Positions 28,038-39,045 of a stretch of 64,000 nucleotides of DNA are shown one piece after another. Positions within the stretch are counted from its first letter, which is position 1. Every line of letters begins with the position of its first letter. The position numbers were made by a program, and so were the translations under genes. Below the pieces are notes generated by a model. That model saw nothing but the letters and a program-made list of their open reading frames with translations. It was not told the DNA's origin and searched no databases. Origin of the DNA: Camelus ferus (Eukaryota). The DNA is taken from the NCBI RefSeq assembly GCF_009834535.1, contig NC_045706.1, positions 30,506,001-30,570,000 of the forward strand. Direction: 5' to 3'.

Positions 28038-28081
<44 letters not shown>

Positions 28082-28185
28082 GTAGCATTCTGTTGACCCA
28101 GAACTAATTATTGAAAAGCCCATACTTAAACTGATGCCACTAATCACGGGAATATATCTGTGTGGATCTGTTTCTAGGCCATACT
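26905..28185 (-). mobile_element. Old L1ME-like element, degraded; includes T37 run at 28042-28078
   Basis: tttaattgaagtatagcatacatac...ttttattgctgtgtagtattccattgtgtgaata...tgtctgttcaagtctttgg. Confidence 0.75.
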
Positions 28186-28753
28186 CAAGAAGCAGTTCAT
28201 TGTTCATTTGTAATCCTGATGACTAGGACAGCGCTCTGTCCAGAGCAGGCATTTAATAAATATTTGTGTTTTTTATAGTTGTTGAGTTGTAATTGCTAAC
28301 TTGAGACTTCCTGATTAGGTAGGTTTTCAATCCTGTATTTTTAGTTCAGATCATGTGGTCTATCCCTAACATATATTTTGTATTTTCTCTCTTTCAATAA
28401 CTGCTGCCTCAAAGGGAAAAAACGCAAATCTTTTGCTGAATGGTCTGGTAGTAACAGATCTGAAATTCTTAAAATGTTAGGGACTAGAAGCTACTCTCCC
28501 CACAATCAATGAGTTAAAAAGAATGAGAGAGAGAAAGAAAGACAGAATTTGACAGCCACACACACAGAGAGACAGAGAGAAAACTGGGTCTTGTAGGGAG
28601 ACAAGAACTCCCAGTTCTAGACCCTCACCAGGCCTGTGGCCTTAAGTTCTATTTCTTATGTGCAAAATGGGACTAATAACACTGCATGCAGCATAGGCTT
28701 GTTGTGAGAGTAAAATGAAGCAACAAACAAAAACATATTAAGAATGGTAGGGA

Positions 28754-29208
28754 CACTTTTACCTCTTCTTTTCCAATTTGGATCCCTTTTATTTCTTTCT
28801 CTTGCCTGACTGCTGTGGCTAGGACTTCTAGGACTATGTTGAATAGGAGTGGTGATAGTGGGCATCCTTGTCTTGTCCCAGATTTTAGTGGGAAGCTTTT
28901 GAGTTTTTCACCGTTGAGTACTACGCTGGCTGTAGGTTTGTCATATATAGCTTTTATTATGTTGAGATATGTTCCCTCAATACCCACTTTGGCGAGAGTT
29001 TTTATCATAAATGGGTGTTGAATTTTATCAAATGCTTTTTCTGCATCGATTGAGATGATCATGTGGTTTTTGTCCTTTCTCTTGTTGATGTGATGTATTA
29101 CATTGATTGATTTGCGTATGTTGAACCAGCCTTGTGTCCCTGGGATGAACCCCACTTGGTCATGATGTATAATCTTTTTTATGTGTTGTTGGATTCTATT
29201 TGCTAAAA
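28754..29208 (-). mobile_element. Inverted 5' segment of a young L1 (ORF2 RT N-terminal part)
   Basis: Open frame [23 protein letters not shown]...[18 protein letters not shown]...GKEEVKVS on the minus strand. Confidence 0.97.
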
Positions 29209-31252
29209 GTGTCATTATATGCTGATGACATGTTACTATATATAGAAAACCCTAAAAGGTCCACACAAAAACTACTAGAGCTGATTTAAGAATTCAGCAA
29301 GGTAGCAGGTTACAAAATTAACGTTCAAAAATCAGTTGCATTTCTTTACACTAACAATAAATCAACAGAAGAAGAAAGTAAAGAAACAATACCCTTTAAA
29401 ATAGCACCCAAAGTAATAAAATATCTGGGAATAAATCTAACCAAGGAGGTGAAAGAATTATACACAGAAAACTATAAACCATTGATGAAGGAAATTAAAG
29501 AAGACTTTAAAAAATGGAAAGATATTCCATGCTCTTGGATTGGAAGAATCAATATTGTTAAAATGGTCACACTGCCCAAGGCAATCTACAGATTTAATGC
29601 AATCCCTATCCAATTACCCAAGACATATTTCACAGAACTAGAACAAATCATAATAAAATTTATATGGAACCATCAAAGACCTAGAATTGCCAAAGCATTA
29701 CTGAAGAGAAAGAAAGAGGCTGGAGGAATAACTCTCCCAGACTTCAGACAATACTATAGAGCTACAGTCATCGAGACAGCATGGTATTGGTACCAAAACA
29801 GACATATAGACCAATGGAACAGAATAGAGAGCCCAGAAATGAACCCGCAAACTTTTGGTCAACTCATCTTCGACAAAGGAGGCAAGAATATACAATGGAA
29901 TAAAGACAGTCTCTTCAGGAAATGGCGTTGGGAAAACTGGACAGCAGCATATAAAACAATGAAGCTAGAACACTCCCTTACACCATATACAAAAATCAAC
30001 TCAAAATGGATTAAAGACTTAAACATAAGACAAGATACAATAAACCTCCTAGAGGAAAACATAGGCAAAACATTATCTGACATACATATAAAAAATTTTC
30101 TCCTAGAAGAAATAAAAGCAAGAATAAACAAATGGGACCTAATGAAACTTACAAGCTTCTGCACAGCAAAGGAAACCAGAAGTAAAACAAGAAGAAAACC
30201 TACGGAATGGGAGAAAATTTTTGCAAGTGAAACCAACAAAGGCTTGATCTCCAGAATATATAAGCAGCTCATACAACTCAATAAGAAAAAAATAAACAAC
30301 CCAATCCAAAAATGGGCAGAAGACCTAAACAAGCAATTCTCCAAGGAAGACATACAAATGATCAAAAAGCACATGAAAAAATGCTCAATATCACTAATTA
30401 TCAGAGAAATGCAAGTCAAAACTACAATGAGGTATCACCTCACACCAGTCAGAATGGCCGTCATTCAAAAATCTACAAATGACAAATGCTGGAGAGGCTG
30501 TGGAGAAAGGGGAACCCTCCTACACGGCTGGTGGGAATGCAGTTTGGTGCAGCCACTATGGAAAACAGTGTGGAGATTCCTCCAAAGACTAGGAATAGAC
30601 TTACCATATGACCCAGGAATCCCACTCCTGGGCTTGTATCCAGAAGGAAATCTACTTCAGGATGACACCTGCACCCCAATGTTCATAGCAGCACTATTTA
30701 CAATAGCCAAAACATGGAAACAGCCTAAATGTCCATCAGCAGGTGACTGGATAAAGAAGATGTGGTATATTTATACAATGGAATACTACTCAGCCATAAA
30801 AACCGACAACATAATGCCATTTGCAGCAACATGGATGCTCCTGGAGAATGTCATTCTAAGTGAAGTAAGCCAGAAAGAGAAAGAAAAATACCATATGAGA
30901 TCGCTCATATGTGGAATCTAAAAAACAAAAACAAAAACAAACAAACAAACAAAAACAAAGCATAAATACAGGACAGAAATAGACTCACAGACAGAGAATA
31001 CAGACTTGTGGTTACCAGGGGGGTGGAGGGTGGGAAGGGATAGACTGGGATTTCAAAATTGTAGAATAGATAAACAAGATTACACTGTATAGCACAGGGA
31101 AATATACACAAAATGTTATGATAACTCACAGAGAAAAAAATGTGACAATGAGTGTGTATATGTCGATGAATGACTGAAAAATTGTGCTGAACACTGGAAT
31201 TTGACACAACATTGTAAAATGATTATAAATCAATAAAAAATGTTAAAAAAAA
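29204..31252 (+). mobile_element. Young L1: ORF2 from YADD motif to C-terminus, 3' UTR and poly-A
   Basis: YADD at 29218-29229, one in-frame TAA at 29287-29289, then open to 30921 with C-x3-C-x7-H-x4-C knuckle; exact TSD AAGAATGGTAGGGA at 28740-28753 and 31253-31266. Confidence 0.97.
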
Positions 31253-32579
31253 AAGAATGGTAGGGAGATGCTATTAAAGGTCAAATATTGGTAGAAGGTA
31301 AATTGGATACTGGGTAATGGTGTGTTTGTTTTTATTAATAATAAATAAAGGAACTAAATAGATATTTTAGATATTTACTAAAAAAGGAATTGCTTGGCAA
31401 AATAATTCAATATAGTATAATGTTAAATCATGAGGCTTCCTATTGCCTTAAATATTTTCAACAAATGCTCTATTGAAGTATAATTTGATTGCATTTTGAA
31501 ATAATTGAATTTACAATAATTTAACTTACAGATTTTAAGATCACATTTACTGCATTGGGTAAAGTAGGATGTGTCTGTAATTTACTAACAGGGATAGAAG
31601 TGGGGCTTGAACGGATAAGGATATTGTTATGTAGTATTTACTGCAAATGGTGTAAAACGATGAATGTGTACTACGTGCCAAGGTTTTCTCTAAAATGAGC
31701 CAGCTGTAAAAGTCAGTGCTGAGCCAGTTGAATTCAAGAAATATTTAATTAGCGCTTGTGAATTCCAAAGAACCCTGTTGGGTACCGAGGAGGAAGCAAA
31801 GATGATTAGTATCAGCCAGAGGGAGACAAGACAGGAACTCAGTAACTAGGCACCAAAGGAATAGGGTAGGGCATCGTACTGTAGAAAAGGTAGAACCTGG
31901 CGGAGCTTGAAATAATGTAACTTTTCCTGCTTGTATTTTTCCCCTTCTTTTTCTTCTTCTTCTTTTTTTTTTTTTAAGTAACTACTTTGGATCCCTTTTC
32001 ACATACACCAAGTCACTTGTCTGCAGAGAATTCGAGACCCTGTGAAATATCCCCTATTCCCTCTTCATCCTTTCCTCGCATATTTGATGAGCTCCTCTGC
32101 CACCAGCACTGCATTTGGAATGGCATCTATTGTGTGGGTCGTGAAGCAATGGAAAGTTATTTTTGTTCTAATTATGAGAACTGTTTTGTTGGGAAGGGAT
32201 AAGGGGGAGGAGAGGCAGATCGGAGACTGAGACGCGCAGCGAGGATGCTCGAGGAGGCGTTACTAAGGTTACTAGAAGGAGGACGGCAGGTGATATTCAG
32301 GCAGGGTCTTTTTCTAAAACAAAACACATTTTCAAACGAGGAGCGTGGGCTTAGTATGAGCAGTGCAACACGATATTACATGCTGGGATCCCGGAGGGAA
32401 ATGGAAGGAGGAGGCCCAGGAAAAAAGCCCGATGCTGTGACTTGAGGAAAGCTGGGAGCCTCCACTTCCCCTCCGGCCCTATTCTCCCGCTGCCTTTGTT
32501 TCCCGGGGCTTTTTCGACTGTAGCACAAGGGCGGTGCGTCGGGGGACGGTGTCATTTAAGTGAGACGCGCGGCCGAGCC

Positions 32580-32737
32580 GGACCGGAAGCAGCGACCAGT
32601 CGGGACCCGTAGGCGGGGAGCGGGCTGCGGCGGTAGCGGCAGCGGCGGTAGCGGCAGCGGCGGCGGCAGCGGCGGCGGCTGCGGCGGGTCTGCGCGACCT
32701 GGGGGACGGGGCCAGTGCTGCACGGCTCGCTCAGGTC
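32580..32737 (+). other. FRA10AC1: FRA10AC1 non-coding exon 1 (start approximate; donor GTGAGT at 32738, alternative GT at 32735)
   Basis: CGG-rich leader followed by caggtc|gtgagt; human FRA10AC1 carries its CGG repeat in the 5' UTR first exon. Confidence 0.75.
32628..32687 (+). repeat. Interrupted CGG repeat, 20 triplets (14 CGG + 6 interruptions)
   Basis: (CGG)2 TAG CGG CAG (CGG)2 TAG CGG CAG (CGG)3 CAG (CGG)3 CTG (CGG)2. Confidence 0.97.
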
Positions 32738-34321
32738 GTGAGTTGTCGCTGCAGACGCCGGCAAAGAACAGGGGCACGGACTAACTTGGCAGAGCAGGGA
32801 GGAAGGGAGGGGTGTGTGAGAAGAGTCATGAGTGTTTTTGCGGTCGGGAAGGACCTCGAAACTTGTTCGTATGTTACTAGTTAATTTTATGTATGTTTGT
32901 ATGTATGTATGTGATAGATTCTGGAGACATCCGGCGTCTCCCTTCTCGAATTTTCTCGGGCCTTGTCAGTTGCTTCGTAGTCTGGAGTGAGTGCTTTTTT
33001 AGTGCAACGACTAAGTTGAAATGGGTATGAAATGGATGAAGCCGCCAGTGAGAAAAATGAGACAGGGAAGGGGAGCAAGAGTAGGAGGTGGTGGCGCGGG
33101 GTGTGGGAACCAGGTGACGACGATAACAGTAATTAACGTTGATAGGGTTTTACTGTACCAGAATCTGTTCTAAAACCCGTTGTATGCGGTAACTCATTTA
33201 ATGCCCAGTACTGTGAGACTGGTACTCTAGTTAGCCGAACTTTATAGAAGGGGAGACAGGCTTCCAGAGGTTAAGGAACACGGCCAAAGACACGAAAAGT
33301 TGCAGAGCCAGGAATTACATTCTGGCAGGCTGATCCCAGAACACATCTCTAAGCTCCACACAAGTGGTTGTCCCCCATCAACATGTGAGGAAAGTGAGGA
33401 CAAGGAATGAGGCTGGTATGATTTGGAAAGATGTGATAAAACAGCAGGTGCAAGGAGTTAACATGATAAAAAGTGTGAGATCCAGGTGTGTCCGATGTAA
33501 ATGATGGTTAAGTTGGAACTGTGACATAAACTTTTGCCTTGGACTTTCACTGGAGCCATCCTCTTGAATTCTGTGGGACAAGGAAGAGAGATATATACCC
33601 CACACCTGAGTTTGAAATGGAATTATAAAGATCACAGACTCATAGGATTTAAGGATTTTTTGATGTAGCCACTTTATTTAGCTGATGAAACCTAAAGAAA
33701 TGAAGTAGTTTATTCAAGTAGCCAGCACCAGAAGCATATTTTTCTTAGGTCCAGTGCAGTGAAGCTTAGGGAGTTCTTTCCTCTTTATGCTGTACGTGCT
33801 ATAGTGAATATTAGAGTTTAAAAAAATGTGATATATATTTGACCAGGCCTGGTTCCAGGTAGCCATATGATTTGGGTATTTATGACATGAAATAGTCAAG
33901 TTATCCATCCATCCCCTATTAATGTGTTCCCAGATGCAGTGTAATGCTGAAACCAGGAGCTTGTAACAACTGAGTGACTGTTGAGATCTTTCAGTGTTTC
34001 TAAGAATTTTGATTAAGAAATGAGTTAAAACAAAATAAAGTTAATTAGAACATAGAACAAGGTGTTTTACTTTGAAGAAACTAGGTTTAAAAGAAAAAGG
34101 AAATCTCCACATATGAAAAAAGATAGGAAAATTTTCATCAATTGTGTACTGTTCACACTAATGGGAGTATAATAATAAATAATACATAAATAAACATAAT
34201 AATAAAAATATTAGCATATTCCAGAGAAGCAGTTTGTAGTAACTGAGTTCATGGGCTTAAGAATCAGGTGAATCAGCTTGGTCACATATTTGCCGCATAT
34301 TATTGGTTTATTTTGTTCTAG

Positions 34322-34673
34322 TTTTTTTTTTAGTTGAAGTATAGTTGATTTACAATCTTGTGTTAGTTTCTGGTATACAGCATAGTGATTCAGCTATACA
34401 TATAGTATTCTTTTTCATATTCTTTTTCATTATAGTTTATTATAAGTTATTCAATAGAATTCCCTTTGCTATACAGTTGGATCTTGTTGTTTATTCTATG
34501 TATAGTAGTTTGTATCTGCTAATCTCAAACTCCCAATTTACTTTCCCTCTTTCCCCGTTGGTAACCGTAAGTTTGTTTTCTATGTGTATGAGTCTTTTTC
34601 TGTTCTGTAAATTTTGTTTTGTAAAGTTCATTTGTGTCATTTTTTTTAGATTCCACATATAAGTGATATCATA
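34322..34673 (-). mobile_element. L1 3' UTR fragment, antisense in intron 1
   Basis: ttttagttgaagtatagttgatttacaat...ttttagattccacatataagtgatatcata. Confidence 0.88.
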
Positions 34674-34824
34674 ACATCCTTGAGTTCTTCATCTCTAAAG
34701 TGGAGATAATAGTTCCTAGGTAGCAGAATTAGAAACAGTGTTCGGAATAATGCCTGAAACAAAGCTGATGATAAATACACAGCAACTGTTATTACTCTGA
34801 GTCAAATAGAAGTAAACTGTTGCT

Positions 34825-35445
34825 CCACTTGTGGGTATATATCCAGAGAAAACTCTAATTCTAAAAGATACATGCACCAGAGTGTTCATAGCTACACTGT
34901 ATACAATAGCCAAGACATGGAAGCAACCTAAATGTCCGTTGACAGATGACTGGATAAAGAAGTTGTGGCATAGTTATACAATAGAATACTATTCAGCCAT
35001 AAAAAAGAATGACATAATGCCATTTGCAGCAACATGGATGGACCTAGAGATCATCATTCTAAGTAAAGTAAGCCAGAAAGAGAAAGACAAATACCATGTG
35101 AGATCACTTATATGTGAAATCTAAAAAAGGAAACTGAACTCATCTACGAAACAGAAACAGACTCACAGACATAGTAAACAATCTTATGATTACCATGGGA
35201 AGGGATAAATTTGGGAGTTTGAGATTTGCAAATGTTAGACACTGTATATAAAAATATATATAAAAAGGTTTTAAAAATTCTTCTGTATAGCATGGGGAAC
35301 TGTATTCAATATCTTACAATAACCTTTAATGAAAAAGAATATGAAAATGAATGTCTGTATCTATATGCATGACTAGGACATTGTGCTGTACACCAGAGAG
35401 TGATACATTGTAATTGACTGTACTTCAATAAATTTTTTTTTTTCT
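34825..35445 (+). mobile_element. 5'-truncated L1 (ORF2 C-terminus + 3' UTR), sense in intron 1
   Basis: Encodes KTWKQPKCP...[11 protein letters not shown]; candidate TSD AAGTAAACTGTTGCT 34810-34824 vs AAGTAAAGCATTGCT 35446-35460. Confidence 0.9.
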
Positions 35446-35761
35446 AAGTAAAGCATTGCTGAAACTTGTAGGCAGTGACATGGCAGCTTCTAGACCTGGT
35501 TTCCAATGGAAAGGTCAAAGAATAGTTTCCCTTGTTGGCCTAATGGTAATTAAGGTGAAAATGATTCATTTTCTGAAGGGTAAGTTTGTTACTTTAAAGT
35601 GAATGAAAGTTTTAGGTGACTAGATAGCCCATGAACATGATATACCCACCACGATCCTTTAAAACTATTGTGACTTTTAAAGTTAACTCATTTGTGGACT
35701 ATTCTGTTTCCTTAACAATGAGCAACTTGGGTTCTGAGTAACTGACTATACTTCTTAACAG

Positions 35762-35838
35762 ATGCATGGTCACGGAGGCTATGACTCCGATTTTAGTGAT
35801 GATGAACACTGTGGAGGATCTAGCAAAAGGAAAAAAAG
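35762..35838 (+). CDS. FRA10AC1: FRA10AC1 exon 2 (first coding exon, 77 nt): MHGHGGYDSDFSDDEHCGGSSKRKK
   Basis: cag|ATG...AAAAG|gtaagt; translation matches the recalled FRA10AC1 N-terminus. Confidence 0.96.
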
Positions 35839-37129
35839 GTAAGTAATTTTTTATTGATCTGTGTTTCCTCTATCCTTTCTAGATTGAGATGAGTATAAAT
35901 AAGTAATATTGAGAGTTTTAGGATGGTGTTTGCATGTGAAGACAATGATGCTCTACTGAGTGAATTTTTGTTCATTAAACTATTAATGAATTGACTCAAA
36001 AATTTGAGCCCAGTTGTGTGAAAAATTTAAAAAATAAGGTTTATGCTGTGAAAGGATTTATGGAAAGAGAGTGTGGGGGTAAAAAGGAAATCAGGTAAAG
36101 CTCTTAAATTACTCTTGCATTTCTACTTTTCATTTAACTGTCAAGGGCTCTTGTGACTGTAATAGCTAAGAAGGGGCTTGGTTGGTGATCCCTTTGCTTG
36201 GCTGCACCTGACTTCGAAAGAGATTAGTGCAGAGGATGAGATTGTAATGCAGCACAATTCTCATGGTTTTATGAATGAGCAGAATAAGTGGCCAGAGGAA
36301 GGAGCTTGTGGAAGTTTTTAATTGAACGGGAAGTGATAAGAACTATTAGCAGATAAAGCCTGAGCCTTACAAGGAGGCTACATCTTGGTGGAGTTGCTGT
36401 GTTCAAGCATTGTTTTCAGCTTTCAATGCTTAGAAACTTGATTTTATCCATCAACTTTGGAGTGATTGATTCATATTTAGCAAACTTAAAAATTGGTTTA
36501 TTCCTTCACACTGAAAGCAATATATTAAGCTTACTAATTGGGACTGAACATTTTTGTTGGGTACTCAGTCTTCATGGATAACCAAAAGAATAGAAATAAT
36601 TATGTAATAAATTACATTTTATGGTGCTTTACATTGTCAAGATTTTTCATTCCAAAATACTACTTTGTAAGAACAGAATTTGAGCAAATCTAGTTGGGTA
36701 ATTTACTGTGCTCTAGGGTTATATCTATTTATATAACTAAGGCTAATCGTCTATAGACTATATCATCTATAGTCAGCCTTTCTTTTTCCATGTTATTGAT
36801 TACTGAGAGCTTCATTATCTCTACTTTATAAACAAGGAAATTGTGGCGCAAAAGATAGTGAATGACAGAGCCAAAATCTGAACCAAAGAACCTAGGTGGT
36901 CTGGCACCAGAACCCACATATTTGTTAGTTTCATCTTCTTCCTTTTATAGGTATTAAATAAAGTTAAGATATTAATTAGTCTATTGAAGGGGATGTAAAA
37001 TTTCTCATTAAAGATCAGCGAGTCTTTTTTAGATAAGAGTTGAAATCTTCAAAACATGTTCCAACCATAATAATATAAGGAAACAGGAAAAGTAAACTCT
37101 TGTAATAATCTTTCTTCTTGATAAACCAG

Positions 37130-37225
37130 GACAGTTGAAGATGACTTACTGCTCAAAAAGCCATTTCAGAAAGAAAAACATGGAAAGGTGGTCCATAAAC
37201 AAGTTGCAGCAGAATTGCTGGACAG
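37130..37225 (+). CDS. FRA10AC1: FRA10AC1 exon 3 (96 nt): (R)TVEDDLLLKKPFQKEKHGKVVHKQVAAELLD
   Basis: ccag|G...GACAG|gtatgg; phase continuous. Confidence 0.96.
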
Positions 37226-37356
37226 GTATGGTACTTCAATGTAAATTACTTTTTTTTGGTTCAAGATGTTTTTGCAAACCCGGAAACTTGGGGATTTTAT
37301 TATATGAATTAAATGTAGACATTTGAATTTGCTTAAAATAAAATTTGTCTTAACAG

Positions 37357-37402
37357 GGAAGAAGCAAGAAATAGAAGGTTTCATCTCATAGCTATGGATG
37401 CT
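37357..37402 (+). CDS. FRA10AC1: FRA10AC1 exon 4 (46 nt): (R)EEARNRRFHLIAMDA
   Basis: taacag|G...GATGCT|gtatccttt. Confidence 0.95.
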
Positions 37403-38644
37403 GTATCCTTTTTCTATTTCTCAATTTTATAATTAATACAAGTTTTAAAATTATTTCATAAAATCTTGTGAAGTCAGATAGACATATTTCATATTTAAAG
37501 ATACGGAATTTTTCATTTATACTTTTCAGTGCAGTTCTTATTTACAATGTATATTATGATTTAGAGACAAAAAATAATAAAACATATTAACTAATCTTCT
37601 ATAAAGAGGTTTACAAAGTCCATGAATTTGCATGTTTTCCCAACCTATTTTTGTCAAACTGTCAACATTTCTCATTTTTATGCTATTATCTTCAGTCTCA
37701 TTTTAACTTTTTGTCTTCCTACCTCGTTCTTGGCTACTTAAGGTCTTTGTAAAACTTGTACTTAATAATAGATCTCTCTCATGCCTGCTGTGGCTTCAAC
37801 TTTCAGACATGAGTTGGGGCTATCTTTAAGCTATACCTTAACTTCCCTGTTAAAGCTGTGTCTCAGCTCAATTTTTTGATAAAACTGTAACTTATTACAC
37901 TAATTGCTACCACTGGCCATCCATATGACTGTTGGGAATATTGAAGAATGAAGAGTTTTCTGGGTATTTATTGCTATGGTGAGGATTGGGAGAAGGAGAC
38001 AATGTCAGCTGGACACATCTGCTCTCCTGTAAGCACGTCTTTCACTTTATCATTCCTGACTCCTTTCTTTAAGTTATAGAAGTTCTCTTGTCACCAGTTT
38101 ACTTATTCCTCTTATCTCCTAACCCAGTAGCCTAGCTTTCCATGGATCTCATCTGCCACTTGTTCCTTTAGCATCTCTACATCTGCTCTGCCTTCTGTGA
38201 TACCACTCAGCTGGGGACGTTGGAGCATCTAGTTACAGCCTGATGAGGGCGAAAGTCTAGGTCCCCTTTTCCGGCATGGTTAGAGGTGGGGCCGTAGGTT
38301 TTCTAGAGTGTTTGGCTGGAGTAGAGTAATTATTGTCTAGCTAAATGCTATCTGTCTTCCTAGGCTGCCTCTTTCTCCTAGTTACTTGTTAGAACAGGCT
38401 TTTGTTGGGACTTATTTTGTCGGTGCTTGTTGGCTTTTCCACATTGCCAGCTTCTTCACCTCCAAGTCAGGGATTAATGAAGTAAAAAGAAAACCAGGGA
38501 AGCTCACCACTGTATCATAAACCATTGGTCTTGAGGTCCCTAGCTGGTCTGCCCTTTTCTCGCTACCTTTCAGAGTCTTCTTATGTTTTATATATAATTT
38601 CTAAGGTTTTTAGTTGTTCTTAGTGGAAAGAATAGAGAAAAGTA

Positions 38645-38840
38645 CAGTTGAGCAACACAGGGTTTGAACTGTACAGCTCCACTTATACATGGATTTTTAT
38701 CAGTAGTAAACACTGTAGTACTAACAATCTGTGGTTGGTTGAATCCGTGGATGCAGAGGGCTGACTATAAGTTATATGCAGATTTTGGACACCATGGAGG
38801 ATGGAGGCCCCTATCCACCCTGTTGTTCAAAGGTCACCTG
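38645..38840. mobile_element. Tigger2/MER8-like DNA transposon nested in an older repeat
   Basis: TA|cagttg...gggtttgaactg...gttgttcaaaggtcacctg|TA; TA duplication and terminal inverted repeats. Confidence 0.8.
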
Positions 38841-38877
38841 TACATCTTTGCTCCATCTTCCAGGAAGCAAAGTCCCA

Positions 38878-39045
38878 CCTCCCACCTGTTTTTGTAAATA
38901 AAAGTTTTATTAGAACACAGCCATGCCCATTCATATAGTTATTATCTGTGCCTACTTTCAGGCTAAAATGGCAGAGCTGAGTAGTTTTGCCAAGACCATA
39001 TGGCCTGCATACTTACTATTTACAGAAAAAGTTTGCTGACCCAAG
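38878..39045. mobile_element. MER58-like DNA transposon
   Basis: ccacctgtttttgtaaataaaagttttattagaacacagccatgcccattca...aaagtttgctgaccc. Confidence 0.75.

Larger units (their letters stand above)
32200..33130. promoter_or_regulatory. FRA10AC1: CpG-island promoter of FRA10AC1
   Basis: Only strongly CpG-dense block in the window; ETS-type CCGGAAG 32583-32589, GC box GGCGGG 32612-32617; no obvious TATA box. Confidence 0.88.

Noticed and set aside
28673..29215. 180-aa minus-strand RT-like ORF as a standalone reverse transcriptase system
   Set aside because: Inverted L1 segment reading through the TSD into MIR-derived flank; both ends are junction artefacts.
29449..30921. 490-aa ORF as a host gene or active retroelement
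   Set aside because: It is the 3' part of L1 ORF2; there is no promoter, ORF1 or endonuclease domain, the RT is split by the inversion and there is an upstream stop.
1..32200. LGI1 or PDE6C exons
   Set aside because: Expected neighbours by recalled synteny, but I recognised no coding sequence of either in the window.
32552..32784. Gly/Ser-, Pro- and Arg-rich ORFs over the CpG island
   Set aside because: Translations of the CGG tract; GC-rich DNA is naturally poor in stop codons, and these frames extend past the exon 1 donor.
37348..37356. TCTTAACAG at the exon 4 (and exon 2) acceptor as a U12 branch site
   Set aside because: It abuts the AG with no spacing, and the matching donors are U2-type.
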